Made by a program: the position numbers and the translations under genes. The notes under the pieces were generated by a model. The model made no database searches and had not been told where the DNA came from. It was given only the letters and a program-made list of their open reading frames with translations. A stretch of DNA of 64,000 nucleotides from an uncultured Acidobacteriota bacterium (GTDB lineage: Bacteria; Acidobacteriota; Terriglobia; Terriglobales; Acidobacteriaceae), in assembly GCA_963812095.1 (NCBI GenBank), contig CAWETV010000001.1:354690-418689 (forward strand), read 5' to 3'. Shown here in pieces: positions 1-12,000 of this stretch. The number at the start of each line of letters is the position of its first letter. Positions within the stretch are counted from its first letter, which is position 1.

Positions 1-3000
1 CGGGCAGCACACAGAACGGTACCCAGACTCTAACCAGCAATTTCCTGTTGCAGGCGCCTCCGCCCCCGCCCACTCCGTACATCGGATGGGAATCGCCTAC
101 TTCCGGCCTGCCCGGTCAGACGTTGACCCTCGACTTCTACGGCGTCTACACGGAGTGGAATCCCACCACAACGTTGACGGGCTTCTACAGCAGCGAGCCC
201 GATAGCGGCATCACCATCAACTCTCAGCAGATGGTTACCCCGACACACTTCACTGCCAATATCACCATTGGACCTAATGCGACGGCTTCGTGGAGCACGC
301 TGACGCTGACCACGCCGGGCACGCAGGATTACGGTCCAGAGGTCGATTATGGCTCCTTCGCCGTTGTGATCGCGCAGCCCACGCTGAGCATCGTCGATCC
401 CGGCTCAGGAATGCAGGGTGCGCAGAATCAGGACATCAACGTCATCGGCCAGTTCACCGCCTTTAAAGACGGGGACACCTCGTTCAGCTTCGGCACCGGG
501 ATCACCGTGAACTCGGTGAAGGTTCTCGGGCAGACAATTGCTACCGTCAACATCAGTATCGACCAGCTGGCGAGCCTGGGCGGCCGCAGCGTAATTGCCA
601 CCACGCCAAGCGCCCAGGGATCGCTGGCGTACCAGGTCAGCGGCGCGGGCTTCTCGGTGAACCCCAGCCTGGCACAGATGACAGCCGTCACTCCGAACAC
701 CACGCAGCAGGGCCAGAGCGTCGACGTGGCCGTGACCGGCGCTAACACGCACTGGAGCGCAGCGACAACCTTCAACTTCGGTTCGGGCATCGCAGTGCAG
801 AACGTCCATGTCGTCGACCAAACCGACGCGACCATGACGCTGGTGGTGCCGGCGCTCGCATCGGAAGGCCCAACCTGGGCCTCCGCCACCACTCTGGGCG
901 AAGTGGCCTCCATGAATAACGCCTTCGTGGTCACGGCGGGCACTCCGCTGCTGCTGTCGAGCGGGCCCGGCTCACTCCCGCAGCAGAGCGGCGCCACCTT
1001 CACCATTCTGAGCCAGGCCACGCATTGGCTCTCGAACCCGCCCATTGTGAGCTACGGCTCGGGAGTCGTCGTAACCAATACCTCCGTCACGTCGGACACC
1101 TCGCTGACGGCGCACGGCTATGTGCAGCCCACCACATATACCGGCTGGCGCGACCTCACGGTGACCGCCGGCTCGCAAGTGCTGACGCTCTACAACGCCC
1201 TCTACGTCGCTCCGGGACCGGCGGTGATCAACAGCGTGCTCGACAACGCCACAGGTCTGCCGCAGGGCGGGCAGAACGCCACGCTCAACGTGACCATCAC
1301 CGGCATCAATACCAACTGGCAGCAGGGAGTCACGAAGCTCAACTTCCCGAACGTGCTTGTGAACACCTGGTCTGTCACTTCGCCGACCACCATCACCGCC
1401 AACATCACGGTCAGCATCACCGCGCCGGCAGGCCAGGTTTCGGTGACAACCACCACGCTGGGCGAAGTGGCAACAGGCATCAATGTCTTCAACGTCATCC
1501 AGACCCAGCCGGAGCTTCTGGGATTGAGCCCCACCAGCGAGACGCAAGCCTGGACAGGGACGGTCAACCTCACCGGCGCCTTCACGCACTTCAACAGCGA
1601 TCCAACTCAGGGAGCCGTTACCACAGCCAACTTCGGCGCGGGCATCGCCGTCAACTCGGTAACGGCAACCGACGCCACCCATCTCACCGCCAACATCACC
1701 GTGCAGCCTACGGCCAATCTCGGCTATCGCAATGTCTCGGTAGCGACGGGGACTGAAGCTCTCTTACTCACCAACGCCTTCCAGGTGATGGTGGGCAACG
1801 CGGCAATCAGCAACCTCAGTCCGGCGTACGGCCAGCAGAACGCCTCTTACACCATAAGTGTCACCGGCAGCCAGACTCACTTCTGCTATCCGTACGACGC
1901 AACCGTTTGCCCGAATGCGACTTTGGCACACTTCGACGGCGGCATCGGGGTTACCAGCATCAGCGTTACAGACACCGAGCACGCTACCGTCCACATCACC
2001 GTTCCCCCTGGCACCCAGCCCGGCTACTACTATGTCTCTCTCACCACGGGCGGCGAGGTCGCCAGTATCGGCGTTCCGGGCATCAGCACCGGCAACACCG
2101 GCTTCCAGGTGACCAGCGGAACCGCGATTGTCTCGGCCGTGAACCCGCCCACCGGCCACCAGGGCGCCAAGCACCTCAGCGTCGCGCTGACCGGCACATT
2201 CACGCACTTCGACTCCATCAATAACCCCACCACGAGTGTCGCCAGCTTCGGCTCCGGCATCACGGTCAACTCGCTCACAGTCATCGACGCCACCCACGCA
2301 GCAGCCGACATTTCCATCGATGCAAATGCCACCATCGCTTCCAGAAACGTGACTGTGTCGACGGCAATTGAGACAGCCACCCTGACAGGCGGCTTCTCGG
2401 TGCTGGCCGGAGTTCCGGCGCTCGTCTCAGTTGCGCCCACCAGCGGCGCGGCTGGAAACACGCTGAATGTCACCATCGCCGGCCAATTCACAAAATTCCA
2501 GTCCGGCTTCTCATCGGTGAACATGGGATCGGACATCCACGTCAACTTCATCACCAACGTAACGTTCACCTCGTTGACCGCGAACGTCACCATTGCGTCG
2601 AACGCTGCGCCGGGGAACCGCGACGTTTCGGTTACCACCAATGGGGCGACACAGACGCTGAGCAGTGCCTTCACGGTGCTCGCAGGCACGCCCGCCATCA
2701 CCGTAATCACTCCGAACATCGGGGTACGCAATTCCCAGGTGACGGTGAGCATCACCGGCCTCTATACCAACTGGGTCAACGGAACCACGGTAGTGAGCTT
2801 CGGCCCCGGTATTGCTGTTGGCTCAGGGGCGGAAGGCGCAGCCGGGTCCGTGACTGTGAACAGCACAACTTCACTCGCGGCAACGCTGACTATCGATCCC
2901 AGTGCGGGCTACGGACCGCGCGACCTTACCATCACCACCGGTTCAGAGGTGGAAACGGTGCCCGGCGGCTTTACAGTACAGCCGCAGTCTGTCTCCCCGC

Positions 3001-6000
3001 CATCTCTCATATCCATCAGCCCCGGAATCAACGTGGGCGGCGACATAACCATCAACAGCAACATCGTTGTGGTCTTCAGCCAGCCCATGGACCGCACCAC
3101 CATCAACACCGGCTCGATGACGATGCAGCTGTATCAGAACGGAACCTTTATCTCGGTTCTCGGCACTGTGAGCTTGGACGCCGCGGGCCGCGTCGCTACC
3201 TTCACGCCGAATTCCCTGCTGGCGCCCAACTCGCAGTTCTACTTCACGCTGTCAAGCAACATCAAGGACGCTACCGGCAACGGCTACCCGGGCAATAGCT
3301 GGTGGCTGTACACGAACTTCAGCTACGCCTTCGCGCCGACGGTAGTTGCGGCCAACCCACCGGCCACAAGCACAGTTGGAAATAACGTGCCCATCCAGAT
3401 TGAGTTCAGCTCGCCCATGGATCAGTCCATCGCCTCCGGCCTGACAGTCACCGCCAATGGCAATCCGGTCGCCGGCACCTACAGTTGGAACTCGACCGTC
3501 AACTGCTGCTCGTGGGGTCCGGGCACGATTCTGTACTTCTCGCCCACCTCGCCCCTGTCGGCCGGCAGCTATACGGTGAGTTGGGACTCTCCGCTGGTCG
3601 ACACAGCCGGCAACCTGGTGACGCCAGGATCGTTCAGCTTTACTGTCGGCAGCAGCCCCGATACGGCTCAGAATTACACCGGTCCAGACTTCCAGAACGG
3701 CGTTGGCAACGTGGGCACCAACTTCGCGCCCAAGGTCAACTTCTCCAAGCCGGTCGATCCGATCGACATCAACACAGGCACGCTGCTGCTCTACAACGGC
3801 GACAGCGGCAAGTATGTGAACGGCGCGGTAACCCTGGCCCCCGGCGGCATGAGCGCAACCTTCACGCCGACGGCGGCGTTGTTGCCCAACACCTACTACC
3901 GCATCCACATGGCGTGGGGCAATTACGACGCCGACGGCAACTACCTCTACGGAACCGACAGTTACTTCACCACTGGCGCTGGAACCGATAGCGCCGGACC
4001 GTCAGTGGCTTCCATTTCACCCGCTGATCAGTCCATCTCCATCCCCGTCAACACCGAGATCGTGGCTCACTTCAGCGAGCCCATCGATCCCTCGGCCTAT
4101 TCGATCACCGTCACGCCTTCCGCTGGATCGCCGGCCGCAGGCACCGCAACACTGTCAAGCGACAACCTGACGCTGACCTTCGTGCCCACGGATTTCCTGC
4201 AGCCGGGCACCCTCTATACGGTGCAGGTCAGCGGCTTCCAGGATATGGTCGGCATTTCGGGCACGACCTCCACAACCACCTTCACCACAGCAAATTCTGC
4301 CGTGCTCTTTAACCTCTCCACCGGACTGGATGCCTCGGGCAACCTGATCACAACGGGCGACACCGTGGATCCGCACTGGAGCTACGTGTCCACATCCCCC
4401 AACACTTCAGGCGAGAGCAACTTCCTCTATCCCGGAGATGCTTCTTCCGATGCCTACACCGGTTCGCTCAAGGTAGTGGCGCCCGGAAACGCCGGCTGGT
4501 ACGGCGGCTGGGGAGCCAACGGCCCCAGTTCCTCGTGGATCGCCATCAACCCGGACAGCGTTCAGGGCAACACCTACGGCTTCTACTCGACCTCATTCAC
4601 GATGCCCAGTGTCCTGCCCCCCAGCACTCACATATGCCTGGCCGGCTACTGGAGCCACGACGACAACGCCCTGCTTGCCCTGAACGGAACGCCCATCATG
4701 GGCGACCAGGGGAACGTATACTCCTTGTCTCCGCTCAACATCGACATCACCAGCAACCTGCTGCTGGGATCAACCAACTACCTGACCGTCGGATTTGGCT
4801 CTACCGACAATTCCTATGAGGGGGCGCGCGTACAGGCTGTCGTCGAAAGCTGCGGGGCCAGCGAAACCGCCGGGACCTCGTTGACTGGCACCACCAGCAA
4901 CCTGGTCCTGACCAGCGCGACGCCGGGCTGGAATGCCCAGAATGTACCCACCAACACCAACATCGCCCTGACCTTCAACAACGCGCTCGATCCGGCTACC
5001 GTGAACTCTTCCACCCTGCCGGTAATGATCAGCAACCAGGTGATTGCGGGCGGCTACGTGGTCACTGGTAGTGGAGTCAATTTCACTCCGGACAGTCCAT
5101 TCCCGACCAACACCCAGGTCTCGGTCAACGCCTGCAATGGCCCGTACGATCTGGCGGGCGACTCAGCCGCTTACAACGGCTGCGGGACGCAGCTCGACTA
5201 CTTCAACACCGGGTCCACTGCGACTCCGGCCTCCACGCCCTTCCAGGCGACCGCCATCACCCCTGCCGCAAATGCCACCAATGTCGGCCTGCGCGCGCCG
5301 GTTACGGTTACCTTCAATCGCTCGGTCAACCTGGGCACAGTGAATCAGAACGACTGGGGTCTGTTCGCCGGCGACGGCCAGAGCCCATGGTGCTCCACCA
5401 ACTACTCGCACTCGCAGGACGACGCCACGCTCGAGTTCAACTGCTACCCGCTGCCCTCCAGCGCAACCATGACCGGCATGGTGAACTCCGGCCTTCAGGA
5501 TTGGCAGGGCAACGGCTTCACCGCCAATTCGGTGCTCAATGGCCAGTGGCAGTTCTCAACCACCAACTACGATTCGAACACCAACGGCACCTTTATCACC
5601 ATCCGGCCCGGCAGCGGCGCCGGTGGTGTGGACCCCAATCTCCCGCTGACGTTCTACAGCAACCTGCCCATCGATCCTTCTACGGCCGCTGGCGGCCTTC
5701 AGGTGGCCGTCAACAACACCGAAGTATCGGGAACGGTACAAGTGCTGGGCAGCGGCTACACGATGGAATTCACGCCGAATGCGCCGTGGCCTGCCGGAGC
5801 GCTCGTCCAGTGGTGGACTACCGGCAGCATCATGAACACCACTTACGAAACGCCGTTCAACACCACCAGCGGCTACTTCTACGTCGCCGGCGATACCAGC
5901 CAGGCAGCGCCGGCGGCGCAAACAGTGTCGCCGTCGCAAAATACTTCCAACATTCCGTTGAACTCGGTTTTCGACCTTCAGTTCAATGTGCCCATCAATG

Positions 6001-9000
6001 CGTCGACCATCGGCGACGGCACCATCTATCTGTATGACTCATATACGAGCCTGCACATCCCCGTCGTCTACTCCGAGCCACAGCCCAATGAGGTGCTGAT
6101 GACGCCGGTCTCCTCGACCGACATGACCACTCGGGTCGACCTGCCGGCCGGCCATTACGTCTATTTGTACTTCAACAACGGCCTGACCAGCACAACCAGC
6201 GTGCCCGCCAATTCCACCGGCTGGTACTACTACACCGGTGGCGCCGACGACGCCACCACTCCCATAGTGACCAACGCCGTGCCGTTCAACGGAGCCAAAA
6301 ACGTCGGCGTCAACGCCACGCCGGGAGTGGCCTTCAACAAGGCCATCGATCCGGTAAGCGTGAACGCTGGCACCTTCCAGGTGTTGGACGGAAGCACGCC
6401 TCTGGCGGGCAGCTTCTGGCTCAACTCCAGCGACACGCGGGCCACGTTTGTGCCCAATGGGCCATTGCCGCCGAGCTCGCAGCTCACCATCAGCCTCAAT
6501 GGCGTCATCGATCCCGAAGGCCACGCGGTCACCTACAGCTCGACCTTCGGTACTGCCTCCGGTCCCGACTACACCGCGCCATCCGTCGTTTGGAGCAGCG
6601 TCACTAGCAATACCAGCATTCCCACCAACTCCATGATCACGGTTCAGTTCAACGAATCGATGGATTCGACCACTTTCACCGCGGGCCAGCCCGGCAGTTG
6701 CGGCAACTTCGATATTTACGACTTGCTGAATGGCTGGAATTGCATTGGTACCACGCTTCAGTGGAGTCCGGATCAGTCCGTCGCCTATCTGACGCCCACG
6801 ACGCCGCTCGCCGCCGGCCGCCAGTACTACCTCAGCATCAACAGCGGTACGGATCTGGCCGGCAACCAGATGAGCGGCGATAACTTCTACTTCTCCGCCG
6901 AGTACGGCGCATCCACTTCCGGCACGGCCCCGGCCGTAGTCGCCTACAACCCTATCAATGGCGACACAGTAGGAACCAACGCGATCGTTGAAGTGCGGTT
7001 CAGCGCGCCCGTCGATCCCACCACCGTCTCCGGCGTAACGCTGGCGGGCGGCGGCTCCACGGTGCCGACTACGCCGGTGCTGAGCGCCGGCAACACCGTG
7101 CTGCAACTGGTGCCCGCTGCCCCGCTGGCAGGCGGCACAACCTACACAGTGTCCGTCCAGAGCGTGACCGATGCCGCGAGGCATGCGGTGACGGGCACGT
7201 TAACCAACAGCTTTACCACCGAAGCCACTTACGACATCAATCCGCCGTCTCTGGTCAGCTACGATCCGCCGAACAACGCCACGGTGGGAACCAATACAGT
7301 CCCGAAGATGGTTTTCAGCAAGCCGCTGAACCCGATCTTCGTCAGCAACAGCACCTTCCAGATGGTCCTGTGTGACACCAATCAATGGATTCCGCTTGCG
7401 GTGACGCAGTCTGCCGACGGCAAAACGATCACGATGACGCCGCAGGTGGCCCTGCTGACCGACACGCGGTACCAATTCTATGTCGGCTGGGGCGCACAGG
7501 ATGAGGAAGGCAACACCTTCGGGTATGGCTGGTATTACTTCTATACCGGCGACAATGCGGTCAAGGTGGGCCCCACGGTCTCTGTGAGCCCGGCAAACGG
7601 CGCAACCGGCATGCCGCTGAACACCGACGTAATCGTTTCGGTCAGCGCGCCCATCGACCCAACGAGCTGGAACCAGAACTCAATCCAGTTGCTGGACGCC
7701 TCGATGAACCCCGTCGCGGGAACCGTGAGCGAGCCCAATAACCAGACGCTCGTCTTCAGGCCCTCGGCCAACCTGGCGCCAGGTGCGGCCTACACGGTCA
7801 ATGTGGGCGCCGGCGCCTTTGCCGATGCCAACGGCAACCCGGTATCGGCATTCCAGAGCACCTTCACCACCGACACCGCGGGGACAATTGGTTCTGGCGG
7901 GCTCTACTTGTCCAATTCCCCGAGTGTCACCACCAACTCTTCGGGCGCGCAGGTGTTCACGCTTACCTTCAGCCAGCTTCTGGATCCGAACTCAGTAAAC
8001 CCCAACACACTGAAGTTCATGTATGGCCCCAACCAAAGCCTGGCCATTTCCGGGACTTATGCGGTAAGCAGCAACCTGGTAAGCTTCACGCCTACCACTT
8101 CTTATCCGGCAGGAACGAACATTTATGTGTATACCTGCAACGGCCCCACCGATGTGCTGGGCGAGTATTTCAGCGGTTGCTGGAACCAACTGACGAGCTT
8201 CTATGTCAGCTCCGGCCTCGCGGATACCGTGCCCTTCTATGTTTCCTCGGTAAGCCCGGCCAATGGCACTGCCAACGTGGGACGCGAACAAACCATATCG
8301 GTGACCTTCAGCAAGGCGATCGATCCCAGCAGCATATATAACAACGATGCCGTGGTTTACGCGGGACAGGACGTGCAGGATCGCGGCAGCTTCACTTTGT
8401 CCTCCGACAACCGCACGTTGTACTTCAACATCGGCGCGCTGTCGAACGGCACAACCTACACCATCAGCCTGCCCATGAACGGAATCACCGATCAGTCGGG
8501 CAACTACCTGACTGCCGATAGCGCCGGCGATCCATTAGCTGGGCCCTACATCAGCACCTTCACCACCATGGCCGATCCGGCGACGGGCGACGGCAGCGTG
8601 CAGGGCGAGAACCCGGGCAACAACGCCACCGGCGTGCCGATCGGCACAATGCTGACGCTCTACATGAACCGCCAGGTCAACCCGTCGACGGTGGCGGCGA
8701 ACGTGATCGTCTCCATCAACGGCGTGGTCGACACCGGCGGATTGGTGACGACGGCGGCCGACAACTACGAGATCCAGTTCTCGCCATCGGCAGGGACATT
8801 CCCGAACGGGGCCACGGTACAGTGGTGGCTCTCGTCGAGCGTAATGGATGTCTACGGCAACAACTTCAACATCGCCAGCGGCGTCTTCTACACCGCGGCG
8901 GCAGTAGATCCCTCGTCATCGCCGCAGATCGTAGCCGTAAGCCCGTCGTGCTGCGGCTCCGTCAACGTGCCCACAAATGCGGAGATCGACATTCAGTACA

Positions 9001-12000
9001 GCCTGCCGATCGACGCAACAACCTTGAGCGGCAATGTCTGGCTCAATAGCGGTCAGTCCACGCCGTATACCGTCTCGCTGGCCTCGCCCAATGTGGTTCG
9101 CATCGCTCCCAACGGCACAACATGGGATAAAAACAGCTGGTATGGCTTCTGCGTCAACAGCAACGTGAAAGGCCTCAACGGCGTTGGAGTCCCCTACAGT
9201 TGCTACGCCACCTACTTCACAACCACTTCCAGCCCGGATTCGAACGCCGGTACAGTGACCATCGGGCCGCCCAACGGCGTCTCCAATGTCGGCACCAACG
9301 CCGACATCCGGGTGCAGTTCTCCAAGCCGGCCGACAGGACCACGGTCAACTCCAGCACCGTCTCGGTAACGGCGCAAAACAATGCAGTTCCGGTCACCTT
9401 CACTTACAACTACAATGGAGCGGATCTGGTGGGCGCCAACGTCTATCCGGTCAACCCGCTGCCGCCGTCCACGCCGGTCACAGTGAACGTGAACGGAATT
9501 CTGGATTACGCCGGCAATGCATTCAACCAACCCTCGGCCACCTTCACCACAGCAGCCCTGCCCGATTACACAAACCCGAGCGTTGCCATGGACTTCTCCT
9601 GGTGGCAGACTGGCATCGCCACCAACGCATCGTTCACCTGCCACTACTCCGAGCCAATCGATCCCAGCAGCGTAAGCACCTCGAACACCTACGTCTACAG
9701 CTTCGTCACCAACAGCGCGGTTCCTGCGACCTACGTGTGGTCGCCGGACATGATGTCCCTGACCATGACGCCTAAGGCGCCTCTCGATGCCAACTCTGAG
9801 TACTACTACACGTGCCAAGGCGCTATCGATCTGACCGGCAACGGCCAGAACGGCGATACCCGCTACTTCTACACCGGCAACGGCGCTTCGTCATCAGGTC
9901 CGCAACTGGTCTACGCCAACCCGCCCAGCGGCATGCAGAATGTACCCATCAACACCAGCGAAGGCCCGTGGTATGGCAGCAGTCTCTACCTGCTCTTCAA
10001 CGAACCGGTCTCACAGCAGTCGATCGGCAACATCACGCTCACGCCGCAAAACGGCAGCGCGATGCCGATCTCCGTTTACTTCGTGTATGAGAACGAAGCT
10101 GTCTCGGTGCAACTGCCGTGGTCGCTCTCGCCGAACACCACCTACACCTTCGACGTTTCAGGCGTGACGGATTTGAGCGGCAATCCCGCCTCCGCCACAA
10201 CCACAAGCAGCTTTAAAACCGGCTCCAGCTACGACTGGACGAGTCCGACCGTGGCATCTACTGACCCGGCAAACGGCGACACGCCGGCCACGATGCCCAC
10301 GTCCGTGTCGATCACCTTCAGCGAGGCGATGGATCCGGTGCTGATCGGTTCGAACAACGTCTATCTCCAGCTCCACAATACGCAAACCGTCGTTCCAACC
10401 ACGATCAGCTTCTCGCCGGATTACGTGACGGTCACGCTCACGCCGGTCACGCCGCTGACCGAGTCCACCATCTACGATCTCGTCGTCTACGGCAACAATT
10501 GGTGGCCATACGACATCGCCGGCAACCAGTTCAGCACAGGCGGTTATGTCAGTTGGAACAATGGCTATGTCTTCTCCACCTTCACCACCCCCTCAACCGG
10601 CGCGATAGACGGCCAATGCGACTCAACCACCAACGGCAAGAGCTTCTCCACGCCGCCCACAGCCAACCTCTGCTCGGCAGGCGCCGCGGGCTCCATGAGC
10701 CTGTCGAACGGCAGCATGACGTGGATGTGCAACAGCCCGAATGGCGGCAACGACGCCTCCTGTTCGGCTACAGTCTCTCCCACTTCCAATGCCAACTCTT
10801 GCACGCCGCAACCTTCGGGCCTTGTCTCCTGGTGGCCGGGCGACTTGAATACCAACGATCTGATCGGCGGCAACAACGGCACTCTCGAGAATGGCGCCGG
10901 CTTCGCGACGGGCCTGTTGGACTACGCCTTCTCGCTCGACGGCAGCAACCAGTTCGTGTACGTCTCCCAGCCCGTGCCCACCAATCTGCAGATCCAGAAC
11001 GCGATGACCATGTCGGCCTGGGTCTACCCGACCGCCTATCCAACCAATCAAGGCGGCGGCCCTTACGCCATGATCATGGGCAGCCAGCAGGACGGAGCCT
11101 CCGCCGGCGCCGCGCTCTTCTACAACGCTCAGGTCAACAATGGTGGAATCAGTGGAGTGCCGGTCGGCAGTGTCATTTTCAACCTAGGCAACGGTTCCGG
11201 CTTCGCCGGCGCTGAGACCATGAGCCAGGTTCCGCTCAACCAGTGGACCCTGGTTACGGGCGTTGCCTCTGCCAACAATCCAACCCAGATCTACTTCAAC
11301 GGTACCCTCCAGCCCACTGCCTCCTATGGCGGCACATGGAATGGCACCGTCGCCTACCCCCAGACCGACTGGTTCTCTATCGGCCAGCAGGTCGATAGGA
11401 ACCGTCCCTTCACTGGCCTGATCGATGACGCGCAGGTCTACAATGTCGCCTTGTCCTCAGCGCAGGTGCAGTCCCTCTACACTTCCGGCAACTCCGGCAG
11501 CGGCATCTGTCAGGTGCAGACCGCTTCGACAACTACGGTGAGCTCTTCCGGCAGCCCGGCGCAGGTGGGCGACCAGGTCACCTTCACGGCGGACGTTTCG
11601 CCCAGTTCGGCTACCGGCACAATCACCTTCATGGATGGCTCCACGCCGCTCGGCAGCGCTGTATCGCTCAGCAGCGGTGAAGCGCAACTCACCACGTCGG
11701 CTCTAACGCTCGGCGTTCACAAAATCACTGCAGTCTACAGCGGCGACAGCACTTACTCCGGCAGCGTTTCATCCCTCTTGAATCAGATCGAAAATCTCGA
11801 TGGCGCGCTCTGCGCACCGCAGCCGGCCGGTCTCCTCGACTGGTATCCGGCTGAGCTCAACGCCAACGATATCATCGGCGGCAACAATGGCGCCGTCGAG
11901 GGCAGCGTGGCCTATGCGCCGGGAGTTGTCGGCCAGGCTTTCAGCATGAACGGCTCCGGCGACGTCGCCCTCTCGCTGCCATCGCTCAACACTTCGCCCG

